Below, piece after piece: positions 55,123 to 64,000 of a stretch of DNA of 64,000 nt. The position numbers and the translations under genes were made by a program. This stretch comes from Candidatus Aenigmatarchaeota archaeon (GTDB lineage Archaea; Aenigmatarchaeota; Aenigmatarchaeia; GW2011-AR5; JAHLMP01), in NCBI GenBank assembly GCA_018920315.1, contig JAHLMP010000001.1:4206-68205 (forward strand), in the 5' to 3' direction. Under the pieces are notes generated by a model that did not search any database, had not been told where the DNA came from, and saw only the letters and a program-made list of their open reading frames with translations. The number at the start of each line of letters is the position of its first letter. Position 1 is the first letter of the stretch.

Positions 55123-55935
55123 ATGAAGATAACAAAATTTTTGCAAGATCCAAGAGTAGTACTAACAATAGCTAGCATTATATTCGCTTTTATAATCTTT
55201 TACATAAACGTTACATATTTCTCGCATATCTATCAAGTTTTTGGAATGCTAAATTTTATTGCTATATTCTTAGCTTTGGGTATACCTTTTTACATAAAAT
55301 ACAGCACAACCAGAAAAATAAGAGAAATAGAAGAGATGTTTCCAAACTTTCTTAGGGATGTAACCGCAAATATAGGAACTGGAATGACTCTTCCACAAGC
55401 GATAAGGGCTACTAAGGATAATGATTATAAATCTCTTTCAAAGTATGTTAAGGAAATATCTGCAAAGCTTGATTGGGGGATTGATTTTGAAAAGGTTTTA
55501 AATGATTTTGCAGAAAAGAGCAATTCAAGCATAATAAAAAGGTCTGTAAAAACCATAATAGAGACCCATCGCTCTGGAGGCAAAGTAAGTAGTGTATTAG
55601 ATGCTATTTCAGAATCTCAACAAATGATAGAAAGAATAAGAAAGGAGAGACAAGCTTCGGTTTATTCTCAAATACTCAATGGATATATAATATATTTTGT
55701 TTTCATAGGAGTTATGATCGCATTATCTAGATTTTTGATACCTGCACTTGGTGGTGCAGAAGCCACAGGAGAGTTCGGAAAGATTTTTAAGGAAATGTTC
55801 AGAAACTTATTAATAATTCAAGGTATTTTTTCTGGGCTAGCAATAGGAAAAATGGCTGAGGGTAGTGTATTTGCAGGATTTAAGCATTCATTAGTTCTTG
55901 TTACGGTAGCCTATACTGCTTTGCTATTATTCTAA
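55123..55935 (+). CDS. type IV pilus/archaellum assembly membrane protein, single T2SS-F domain (FlaJ/TadC-like, second half)
   Basis: Same architecture (FPNFLRDVTANIGTGMTLPQAIRATKD ... IIETHRSGGKVSSVLDAISE). Lies 18 nt after the previous gene. Confidence 0.65.
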   Translation: MKITKFLQDPRVVLTIASIIFAFIIFYINVTYFSHIYQVFGMLNFIAIFLALGIPFYIKYSTTRKIREIEEMFPNFLRDVTANIGTGMTLPQAIRATKDNDYKSLSKYVKEISAKLDWGIDFEKVLNDFAEKSNSSIIKRSVKTIIETHRSGGKVSSVLDAISESQQMIERIRKERQASVYSQILNGYIIYFVFIGVMIALSRFLIPALGGAEATGEFGKIFKEMFRNLLIIQGIFSGLAIGKMAEGSVFAGFKHSLVLVTVAYTALLLF

Positions 55936-56061
55936 ATAAAACCTTGTTATTATTCTAATTAACTTGATCTATTAAATTTATTTCCTCTCATTTTTACAAT
56001 TTAAATTTAAAAATATTATGAAATATATTTGTAAGAAAATTGTAATAAAGGGTGCAAGAAA

Positions 56062-56538
56062 ATGCCAACAAAACTTAGAAAAACAAGAAAGATGAGAGGA
56101 AGTAAAACTCATGGCTATGGATCAAAAAAGAAACATAGAGGAAAAGGAAGCAAGGGAGGAAAGGGTTATGCTGGCTCTCACAAGCATAAGTGGATTAAAA
56201 TAATAAAGGAAGAGCCTGAGCACTTTGGAAAGCATGGATTTACTTCAATAAGAGGAAAAGAAAGTAAAACGATCAATATAAAAGATTTAGAAAGATTGAT
56301 AAAGGATTTCCGAGAAGGAAAAATAGATATTAAGAATGATGAAATAAAAGAAGATGATGAAAAAATAGAAATAAATCTTACAAAGCTTGGATATGATAAA
56401 CTTTTGGGAAAGGGTAAGCTAAACTTTGAAAAGCCTATTATAATAATTGTAAAAAGCTTTTCTCAACAAGCTAAGCAAAAGATAGAAAGTGCTAATGGAA
56501 AAATAATTACAGAAGAAGTGAGTAAAAGTAGTGTTTGA
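56062..56538 (+). CDS. rpl15: 50S ribosomal protein uL15
   Basis: MPTKLRKTRKMRGSKTHGYGSKKKHRGKGSKGGKGYAGSHKHKW is the uL15 N-terminal signature. It stands alone. Confidence 0.88.
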   Translation: MPTKLRKTRKMRGSKTHGYGSKKKHRGKGSKGGKGYAGSHKHKWIKIIKEEPEHFGKHGFTSIRGKESKTINIKDLERLIKDFREGKIDIKNDEIKEDDEKIEINLTKLGYDKLLGKGKLNFEKPIIIIVKSFSQQAKQKIESANGKIITEEVSKSSV

Positions 56539-56637
56539 AAAAGATTCGACTTTAATATAAAAACCAAAAGTAGATAGAAAAGAATGAAAATAGAAAAATG
56601 ACTAGATTAAAAATAGAAAAAATAAAATATGAAAATT

Positions 56638-56934
56638 CTATTTTAATTTTTCTAAAAGCTCTCTATCTATGCTTGGAATTCTGAGAGAATTAATTATTGT
56701 TTCTAATCTATTTACCTTTTCCTCTAGATTTTTCAATCGCTCTATAATTAATATATCAATTGGTTGTGCTTTTGTTGAGCTTGTAGAGTAAATAGCTTCA
56801 ATCTTTTTTGATATCGCTTCTATTCTTTCTTTTAGGTCGGTTATAGCATTGTCATGTTTTTTCATTTTTTCTGAAATTAATATAATAGCCTCTTTTGTAA
56901 ATGTGTCAAGAAGCATCTCTTTATCATCTTTCAT
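56638..56934 (-). CDS. hypothetical coiled-coil protein (98 aa)
   Basis: Heptad-rich and charged. The only minus-strand ORF in the 51.3-62.9 kb plus-strand run. Confidence 0.45.
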   Translation of the reverse strand: MKDDKEMLLDTFTKEAIILISEKMKKHDNAITDLKERIEAISKKIEAIYSTSSTKAQPIDILIIERLKNLEEKVNRLETIINSLRIPSIDRELLEKLK

Positions 56935-57238
56935 ATTCTCACCACTTTATAATTAATATTAAATCTTCAACTATTTATCTCTTTGTCTTGAAGTTTTGAG
57001 CAATAGAAAAGTATTTAAATTTTAATTTACAAAAATATGGAGGGTTTAGTGCTAGAAAAATTTGAAAGAAAGCGATGGTTAAATAGTTCAAACATAACTT
57101 CTATTACATTTTACTATTTTCTTTCTCAGTCTTTTGTTTTTTATAAAAGATTTTGGAGTTTTATTGATAAAAATCGCAATTGGATAAGAGATCTTTCTTC
57201 TAAATTTCTAAATCTAATCTCTAAATCTATAGTCTATT

Positions 57239-58204
57239 TTGCTATTTTTTCAAGCAATCTTAAAACTAGCTGGGGGTGTTTTTATTAGCAGAGATATAAT
57301 TTCGATAAGAGATATGAATAAAGAAGAGATAGAAAAGATATTTGAGTTAGCAGAAAAAATAGAAAAGATGATTGAAAGAGTAAAAATCTTAGAGATAATG
57401 AAAGGAAAGGTGCTTTCCTTACTATTCTTTGAGCCAAGCACAAGAACAAAACTATCTTTTGAGACAGCTATGAAAAAGCTTGGCGGAGAGACAATAGGAT
57501 TTGAAAGTATAGAGTCAAGTTCTATAGCAAAAGGTGAGAGTTTAAAAGACATGATAAAGGTTGTTGAAAAATATTGCGATATAATTGTAATAAGACATTT
57601 TGCAGAAGGTGCAGCAAGATTCGCAGCCGAAGTTAGTGAAAAACCTTTAATAAATGCGGGCGATGGTGGTAATCAACATCCCACGCAAACACTATTAGAT
57701 TTGTACACTATGAAGAAGTTGAAAGGTGATATTTCCAATCTAAATGTTACTTTGTTTGGAGATTTAAAACATGGAAGAGTAATGCGGTCATTAGTATATG
57801 GGTTAGCAATGTTTAATGCTAAAATTACACTTGTCTCTCCACCGGGCTTAGAAATGGATAAAGGAATTATTGAAGAAGTTAAAGAAAAATTTGATGTTGA
57901 GATATATTCGAGTAACGATGTGAAAGAAGGGATAAAAAATGCTGATGTAATTTATATCTGCAGATTACAGAAAGAGCGCTTTTCCGATGCTTTTGAGGCA
58001 GAAAAGATGGCAAAGACGTATAAAGTTACGCCTGAGCTTCTTGAGTATGCAAAAAGTGATGTGATTTTATTGCATCCGCTTCCAAAGACAAATGAAATAG
58101 ACTTGATGATCGATTTCTTACCTATTGCAAAATATTATCAACAGGTTGCATATGGAGTTCCAATAAGAATGGCTTGTATTTGTTATGTGATGGAAAATGA
58201 ATAA
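57239..58204 (+). CDS. pyrB: aspartate carbamoyltransferase catalytic subunit
   Basis: FFEPSTRTKLSFETA, IRH, GNQHPTQTLLD, HPLP. The true start is probably downstream of 57239, because the first ~15 codons are not ATCase-like. Confidence 0.9.
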   Translation: MLFFQAILKLAGGVFISRDIISIRDMNKEEIEKIFELAEKIEKMIERVKILEIMKGKVLSLLFFEPSTRTKLSFETAMKKLGGETIGFESIESSSIAKGESLKDMIKVVEKYCDIIVIRHFAEGAARFAAEVSEKPLINAGDGGNQHPTQTLLDLYTMKKLKGDISNLNVTLFGDLKHGRVMRSLVYGLAMFNAKITLVSPPGLEMDKGIIEEVKEKFDVEIYSSNDVKEGIKNADVIYICRLQKERFSDAFEAEKMAKTYKVTPELLEYAKSDVILLHPLPKTNEIDLMIDFLPIAKYYQQVAYGVPIRMACICYVMENE

Positions 58205-58661
58205 AGAAAATGAAAATCTATTGGTAAGAAAGATAGAAGATGGAACTGTAATCGATCATATAGAAAGAGGAAAAGGTATGAAGATTTACAAGCTATTAAA
58301 CCTAAAAGAAGAGACTTGCATACTGCTTACAAATGTAGAAAGTAAGAAGTTAGGAAGAAAGGATATATTGAAGATTGCAAATAAAGAGCTATTACAAAAA
58401 GATATAGATAAGATTGCGTTGATTGCTCCGAATGCAACAATAAATATAATAAAGGATTGGAAAGTTGTAGAAAAGAGGAAGGCAACTCTTCCAAACATTC
58501 TTGTAAATATTGTTAGCTGTCCTAATCGTAATTGTGTAACTAGAATGGAAAAAGATGTCTCGACAAAATTTATTGTGGAAAAAAGAGAGCCTGTAAAGCT
58601 TAGATGCTTTTATTGTGAGAGAGTTTTTGAAAAAGAAGACTTTGAAGAATTATTCACTTGA
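58197..58661 (+). CDS. pyrI: aspartate carbamoyltransferase regulatory subunit
   Basis: LLVRKIEDGTVIDHI, zinc domain CPNRNCVT ... CFYCE. Overlaps the pyrB stop by 8 nt. Confidence 0.9.
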   Translation: MNKENENLLVRKIEDGTVIDHIERGKGMKIYKLLNLKEETCILLTNVESKKLGRKDILKIANKELLQKDIDKIALIAPNATINIIKDWKVVEKRKATLPNILVNIVSCPNRNCVTRMEKDVSTKFIVEKREPVKLRCFYCERVFEKEDFEELFT

Positions 58662-58710
58662 AATTATGAGCTTTGAGTAAAATGTATAGAAATTTAAAAG
58701 AGGTGATGAA

Positions 58711-60192
58711 ATGGATAAAATAACGAAAGAAAATTTTATAGACTTTTTAATTTCTCATGGAGCTATATCTTTTGCAAAAGATGGAGAACATTATAACCTA
58801 AAAAGTGGGAGACTCTCTCCTTATTTTATTAATATCGGAGAAATTAATTGCGGAGAAGAATTATTACGGCTTGCAGAATTCTATTCACAATTATTGGACG
58901 AGACTCTTCAAAATTTTGATCTAAACGATGAAAAAATTATATTTTACGGAATTCCTGAAAAAGCTATTCCTATTGCAATAGCACTTGCTATACATAAAGG
59001 AAATCCATTTTTTTATACTCGAAAAAAACCAAAAGAATATGGAGAAGCAACAAGTAGAAAAGAGGAAAAAATAAAAGAGATAATAGGAAAGGTTCCAAAT
59101 GATGATGAAATTATTATTGTTGTTGATGATGTTATAACAAGTGGAGATACAAAATATGAAACTTATGAGTTTCTAAAATCGATAGGAAATTTAGAACTAC
59201 CAATATTGCTAATCGCTTTTAATAGGGAAGAAGTTGGCTTAGATGGTCTAGACGCTAAAAAAGCTTATGAAGAAAAAACAAAAAGTAAAGTAGTCGCAGG
59301 AGTAAATACAACGGATTTATATGATTATCTCATGTCCCAAGGAAAATACGAAGAAGCCAAAAGAATAGCAAGCTATCTAAGAGCTTATGGGACAAAAGAA
59401 GCAAAAGAAAAGATACTAAGAATAACGAAAAATGATGATAGAGATGTTTCCAAAAGAAAAATAATAAATAAGAGAAGAAGTATAATTCCTGCATGTGACT
59501 TCGAAGAAATAGAAGATTTAGAAAATCTAGTTAAGGAAATAGATTCTTTAGATATCATAGGCGGATATAAGATAGGATCTCCACTTGCTGTAAGATATGG
59601 ATTAGAGAGAATTGTAGATAAAATGAAAAGTAGAAGCGAAAAACCTATAATCTATGATCACCAAAAAGCTGGTAGTGACATTCCAGAAATGAGTAAAAAG
59701 CTTGTAAGAGTTTGTAAAAAAGCTGGTGTAGACGCTTTAATAGTATTTCCATTAAGCGGAAGTGAAACAGCGAGAGCATTCATATATCATTCACTTGAGA
59801 ATGAATTGCCATTGATAATAGGAGGAAAAATGACTCACCGAGGTTTTACTTTGAATGATTATGGATATATAGATGATAATAAACTTTTGGAAGTATATAG
59901 AATAGCTGCCGAAGCAGGAATATATAACTTCGTGATTCCAGGCAATCGGCCAGAATTTGTAGAAAAACTTACAAGAGAATTGTTAGGAGAAGATGTCTCA
60001 TTAACTTATTATGCTACTGGGATAGGAGCTCAAGGAGGTAGTATTAAAGCACTAAATGATGTGCTACGAAATAAATATGCTAACTTAGATTGTGCAATAG
60101 ATCTACATATTATCGTTGGAAGAAGCATATATGACAGCAAAAGAAAGATAGAAGAGATAAAAAGATTAGAAGAAGAGCTATTAAGCTATTGA
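58711..60192 (+). CDS. pyrEF: fused orotate phosphoribosyltransferase / OMP decarboxylase (UMP-synthase-like)
   Basis: N-terminal half: SGRLSPYFINIG and PRPP loop IIIVVDDVITSGDT. C-terminal half: IIPACDFE ..., YKIGSPL, IIYDHQKAGSDIPE, GVDALIVFPLSG, FVIPGNRPE, ATGIGAQGG (archaeal ODCase pattern). Confidence 0.85.
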   Translation: MDKITKENFIDFLISHGAISFAKDGEHYNLKSGRLSPYFINIGEINCGEELLRLAEFYSQLLDETLQNFDLNDEKIIFYGIPEKAIPIAIALAIHKGNPFFYTRKKPKEYGEATSRKEEKIKEIIGKVPNDDEIIIVVDDVITSGDTKYETYEFLKSIGNLELPILLIAFNREEVGLDGLDAKKAYEEKTKSKVVAGVNTTDLYDYLMSQGKYEEAKRIASYLRAYGTKEAKEKILRITKNDDRDVSKRKIINKRRSIIPACDFEEIEDLENLVKEIDSLDIIGGYKIGSPLAVRYGLERIVDKMKSRSEKPIIYDHQKAGSDIPEMSKKLVRVCKKAGVDALIVFPLSGSETARAFIYHSLENELPLIIGGKMTHRGFTLNDYGYIDDNKLLEVYRIAAEAGIYNFVIPGNRPEFVEKLTRELLGEDVSLTYYATGIGAQGGSIKALNDVLRNKYANLDCAIDLHIIVGRSIYDSKRKIEEIKRLEEELLSY

Positions 60193-60222
60193 AAATTTCT
60201 TCAAAATCAGATGGATGATTAG

Positions 60223-61923
60223 ATGAAGGTTAGAAGAAAAAATATAGGAGATAAACAAGTAATGCCATTTACCATTCCATCAGGAATAATTACTACCCAG
60301 GTTTCAACAATTAAGAGATTTTTAAAGATAATTCCAGAATTGGGGATTATAACAACAAAAACAATAACACTTGAAAAATGTGAAGGAAATAGAGAACCCA
60401 TACTTGCGAAGATTTACCTAAATTACGATACCCCTAACTTACCTTTGGGTTTCATTAATGCAGTTGGATTGGAAAATCCTGGAGTGGATAAATTTATTGA
60501 AATGATAAAAAACGTTAGTATTCCAAACGATAAGTTTTTGCTTGTCTCTATAGCAGGAAGAAATAAGGAAGAATTCGTAGAAATTGCTAAAAGCTTAGAA
60601 GAATATGTAGATGGTATTGAACTTAATCTTTCCTGTCCAACTAAAAAAGGATTTGGAAAAGAATTGATAAAAAATGATTTGGAAGGAAAAAATTTTATCG
60701 TGTATGAAATAACAAAACATGTAGCAAAGAACTTTAGAAAACCTATTTTCGTAAAGCTTGGCAACGAAAGAATAGAATATTTTGCAGAACAAGCAATAAG
60801 AGCTGGTGCTTATGGTATTTCTGCTATAAATACAATAGGCAATTATATAGAAGAACTGGATGGTCATCATATATTATCTAATAAGTATGGAGGAATTTCT
60901 GGAAATATTATAAAACATCTTGCATTAGAAGCCATATACAAAATTAGAATGAAGCTTGGAAATAATTTCAAAATTATTGGAATGGGAGGAATAAGAAACG
61001 CTTCTGATATTATAAGCTTTGAAAGAGCTGGTGCAGATTTTTTTGGAATAGGTAGTGCTTTGGAAGGATTGAAAGAATCTGAAATTAGAAAATATTTTTC
61101 ATTATTAGTTTTTGATTTAGAGAATGGAAAAAATTATGCTGAGTCTTTGCTAAAAAATGTAGATATGAGATATAGAAAAGCAAAGATCGTGGAAAAGATA
61201 AAAGCTTCGAAAGATCTTGTGGTGTTAAGTTTTGATATATCTATTCATGCTAAACCAGGCCAATTTGTCTTTCTATGTATTCCAGATGTTGGTGAAAAAC
61301 CTTTTTCAGTGGTAGATAATGAACCTTTAAAATTAGCGATACTAAAAAGAGGTTTTGTCACAACTAAGATTGTAGAAGATCTTGAAGTTGGAGATGAAGT
61401 ATATATAAGAGGACCTTATGGAAGCTATATAGATTTAAAAGAGATTGATATATCTAAGGAAGCTACTATAGTTGCAGGCGGTGTTGGCATAGCTGGTATA
61501 TATTTGCTTGCTAAGGAGCTAAGCAAAAATTCCATTGATGTTACTCTATTACTTGGAGCTAGAGATAAGGATCATTTGATTCTTTTGGAAAAATTAAAAG
61601 AATTTGGCGATGTTTTTGTTGCAACTGAGGATGGGAGTATTGGTTATAAAGGCTTGATTACTCAGTTATTCGATGAAATAAAGTCTTGCATAAGAAAAGG
61701 TTGCTACTTCTTTAATTGTGGAAAAAAAGAGATGATCGAAGCACTTTTACCAAAGGAGCTTGAAATCTCTCCAAAAGAAAGAATATACCTTTCTTTTGAC
61801 CATATTACAAGATGCGGTATTGGCATTTGTGGAAGATGTGCTAATGAAAAAGGATTAAGAACCTGTGTTGAGGGTCCTTTCATGAAAATGATAGATGAAT
61901 ATGAAAATGATAGAATAACTTGA
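60223..61923 (+). CDS. pyrDK: fused dihydroorotate dehydrogenase catalytic subunit (PyrD, class 1B-like) and electron-transfer subunit (PyrK)
   Basis: N-terminal: NAVGLENPG, IELNLSCPT, GGISG, IGMGGI. C-terminal from ~aa 310: PGQFVFL, GEKPFSV, RGPYG, VAGGVGIAG, and Fe-S Cys cluster RCGIGICGRC ... TCVEGP. Confidence 0.85.
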   Translation: MKVRRKNIGDKQVMPFTIPSGIITTQVSTIKRFLKIIPELGIITTKTITLEKCEGNREPILAKIYLNYDTPNLPLGFINAVGLENPGVDKFIEMIKNVSIPNDKFLLVSIAGRNKEEFVEIAKSLEEYVDGIELNLSCPTKKGFGKELIKNDLEGKNFIVYEITKHVAKNFRKPIFVKLGNERIEYFAEQAIRAGAYGISAINTIGNYIEELDGHHILSNKYGGISGNIIKHLALEAIYKIRMKLGNNFKIIGMGGIRNASDIISFERAGADFFGIGSALEGLKESEIRKYFSLLVFDLENGKNYAESLLKNVDMRYRKAKIVEKIKASKDLVVLSFDISIHAKPGQFVFLCIPDVGEKPFSVVDNEPLKLAILKRGFVTTKIVEDLEVGDEVYIRGPYGSYIDLKEIDISKEATIVAGGVGIAGIYLLAKELSKNSIDVTLLLGARDKDHLILLEKLKEFGDVFVATEDGSIGYKGLITQLFDEIKSCIRKGCYFFNCGKKEMIEALLPKELEISPKERIYLSFDHITRCGIGICGRCANEKGLRTCVEGPFMKMIDEYENDRIT

Positions 61924-61957
61924 TATTGAGAAGTATAGATATTAAGAGGTGTAGATT

Positions 61958-62932
61958 ATGATAGATCCTCACGTGCATTGCAGGGATTGGGAAGAAAGTT
62001 ATAAAGAAACGATAAAACATGTTTTTGAGGTTGCAAAAAAACAGGGGATAGAAAAGATATTTGATATGCCCAATACAAAACCCCCTATTCTAGGTAAAAA
62101 AGAATTGTTGAATAGATTAAAACTTGCCCCGAAAGAAAGAAGAAAAGATTACTTTGTTTATATTGCTGCAACGCCAAATGAAAAGCAATTAAAAGAAGCG
62201 ATAAAATGTTATAAAGATTTTAGAAATGTTGTTGGATTAAAACTTTATGCGACGATAGATTCTAGCTCTTCGAAAAAAGTAGAGAAAAGTATCTACGTAC
62301 CTCAAGAGAAAGATCAAGAATTTATATATAAGATATTATCTGAGAATGAATATCGTGGTGTGCTTGCTTTGCATTGTGAAAAAGCTGTTTTTATCAAAAA
62401 AGATTTATGGAAACCAGAAACCCCTATATCTCATGCTATTGCTAGACCAAAAATTTCAGAAATTGAGGCGATTAAAGATCAAATAAGATTTGCAAAAAAA
62501 TATAATTTTAAAGGAATTCTTCATATATGTCATATATCTACTAAGGAAGGGGTAGAGTTAGTTAAAAAGGAGAGAAAATCGATTAGAATTACATGTGGAG
62601 TTACTCCTCATCATATTTTATGGAGTGAGAAAAAGTTAAAAGAGGATAACGGTCTGCTATATAAAACAAATCCACCATTAAGAGGCATTAAAGATGTTCT
62701 CGCTCTTAGGAGATGTCTTAAAAATGGTTTGATAGATTGGATAGAAAGTGACCATGCTCCACATGCGTTAATAGAAAAACTATTTTATCCCCACCTTTCA
62801 GGATATCCTTCTTTAATACTCTACTCTACCATTGTTAATGATCTACTTCCGAGCATAGGGATGAATGAAAAAATGATAAGAAAAGTTACATTCGAAAATA
62901 TCTATAAAATATTCAGAGATAAGTTGGAATAG
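61958..62932 (+). CDS. pyrC: dihydroorotase (short form, 324 aa)
   Basis: IDPHVHCRDW, LKLYA (carboxylated-Lys region), LHCE, HICHIST, ESDHAPH. Confidence 0.8.
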   Translation: MIDPHVHCRDWEESYKETIKHVFEVAKKQGIEKIFDMPNTKPPILGKKELLNRLKLAPKERRKDYFVYIAATPNEKQLKEAIKCYKDFRNVVGLKLYATIDSSSSKKVEKSIYVPQEKDQEFIYKILSENEYRGVLALHCEKAVFIKKDLWKPETPISHAIARPKISEIEAIKDQIRFAKKYNFKGILHICHISTKEGVELVKKERKSIRITCGVTPHHILWSEKKLKEDNGLLYKTNPPLRGIKDVLALRRCLKNGLIDWIESDHAPHALIEKLFYPHLSGYPSLILYSTIVNDLLPSIGMNEKMIRKVTFENIYKIFRDKLE

Positions 62933-63017
62933 AAAATATACAAACATAAAATAAAACTTGTAGAGGGTAGAAGTATAAAAATAATAAAATATTGATGCTA
63001 ACCTCTTTCAAATTCGT

Positions 63018-64000
63018 TTATTTTTCTTTCAACTTTTTGATTTTTTCTAAATCAAGCAAAAGCCTTACACTACCTGTACCTACTGGCACTATCTTTCCGA
63101 TCATTACATTCTCTACGATCCCTTTCAATTCATCCCTTACTCCATAGAAAGCTCCCATGGATAGATGTTTCTTTGTTTCCTCGAAATTTGCCCTTGCCAA
63201 AACGCTTGGTTTTGCTCCTGCAACCCCATATCTTCCAATTGGTTTTGGCTTTCCATCAAAGCACATTATATCAGCTGCTAAGAGTATATGTCTTATGTCT
63301 ACTTCTAAACCCTGCTCATCTAGAGTCTTCTTAACTTCTCTTGCAATAGCATTTCTCGCTGCTTCTATCCCGAAAATTTCATAAATTTCCATTATATCAT
63401 CTGTTGTTGTTCTTTTCGTGTCTATGTATTTGTTATACTTTTCAAGAATTTCTCTAAGGTTAGAGCCTTCTGTTCTGATTATCCATTCATCTACTACTTT
63501 AGTTACGACTGCTCTTTTTATTCCTTCCACGCCTCCTATTTTTATTTTTAATATCTTCTCTTTTATCTTTCTAAGATTTCTTATATCTTTTGCATTAATT
63601 TTTATTGTAATTGTATTTTCCCTTCTATAGACCTCAAAATACTTTTCTAAAAGCTCTTTCATCTTTTCCGCTTGCGCTACGCTTTCAAATTCCATGCCTA
63701 TTTGCATATTAAATAAATCTATCCATGTAGTTTTAACGATATCTCCTATTGTTCTTTCTTCAATCTCTTTTGCGAGCTTATTTGCAAATTCTTTACTATT
63801 TTCTTTTAGATATATTGTCATAGATTTTTCAAATGCTTTTCTCAAATCAAAAATCTCTATTAATTTTGGAAGACCTTGTACTACTTTTACTAATCTTCCT
63901 ACTAAAGAAGCTAATGTATAGCTTCTCATTGTCATTTGTGTTGCTGGTTCAGAAATGCTTTGTGCGGCAACTATCCCAATAGCTTCTCCTGGTTCGTATC
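63018..64000 (-). CDS. rpoA2: DNA-directed RNA polymerase subunit A'' (Rpo1C), 5' end beyond the window
   Basis: The frame is open to the window end. EPGEAIGIVAAQSISEPATQMTMRSYT reads across 63936-64000, then GLPKLIEIFD ... and the C-terminal VMIGKIVPVGTG. Confidence 0.9.
   Translation of the reverse strand, partial: YEPGEAIGIVAAQSISEPATQMTMRSYTLASLVGRLVKVVQGLPKLIEIFDLRKAFEKSMTIYLKENSKEFANKLAKEIEERTIGDIVKTTWIDLFNMQIGMEFESVAQAEKMKELLEKYFEVYRRENTITIKINAKDIRNLRKIKEKILKIKIGGVEGIKRAVVTKVVDEWIIRTEGSNLREILEKYNKYIDTKRTTTDDIMEIYEIFGIEAARNAIAREVKKTLDEQGLEVDIRHILLAADIMCFDGKPKPIGRYGVAGAKPSVLARANFEETKKHLSMGAFYGVRDELKGIVENVMIGKIVPVGTGSVRLLLDLEKIKKLKEK

Noticed and set aside
57037-57288. 83-aa ORF upstream of and overlapping pyrB
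   Set aside because: Phe/Ser/Ile-rich composition typical of random AT-rich frames. It overlaps the pyrB 5' region and has no motif. This is probably the pyrB promoter/leader region.

Overview
This is a strongly AT-rich, tightly packed archaeal chromosome segment. Archaeal markers include EF-1alpha, aIF2-beta, exosome Rrp4/Rrp41/Rrp42, SBDS, RNase P protein subunits, RNA polymerase subunits E'/N/A'', RFC large subunit, SMC-ScpA, Hef, RtcB and EndA. I support about 70 protein genes and 3 tRNA genes. I see no rRNA, CRISPR array or recognisable transposase. Scattered ribosomal-protein genes and many fused or split genes suggest a reduced, DPANN-like genome, but that is inference only.

Three things stand out.

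1. All three tRNA genes are tRNA-Ser isoacceptors, and each is interrupted at a non-canonical position. Ser(CGA) has an 87-nt T-loop intron. Ser(GGA) has a 33-nt anticodon-loop intron plus a 359-nt T-loop insertion. Ser(GCU) has a 15-nt D-arm intron. The two T-loop introns share near-identical ends that form a 12-13 bp helix. The 359-nt one also contains a ~60-nt copy of the gene's own upstream region. An enlarged multi-unit tRNA splicing endonuclease and the RtcB ligase lie in the same window.

2. A ~2.3 kb region at 49.4-51.7 kb is almost ORF-free and dense with repeats. It sits exactly at a divergent strand switch, next to a small winged-helix protein and an orphan PRTase-fold protein. It is a candidate replication origin, small-RNA/promoter hub or mobile-element remnant. 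It also holds a small signal-anchor ORF interrupted by an in-frame TAG.

3. A complete pyrB-pyrI-pyrEF-pyrDK-pyrC cluster has two gene fusions: OPRTase-ODCase and DHODH catalytic plus electron-transfer subunits.

Functional calls rest on motif-level reading of the translations. No database search was possible.
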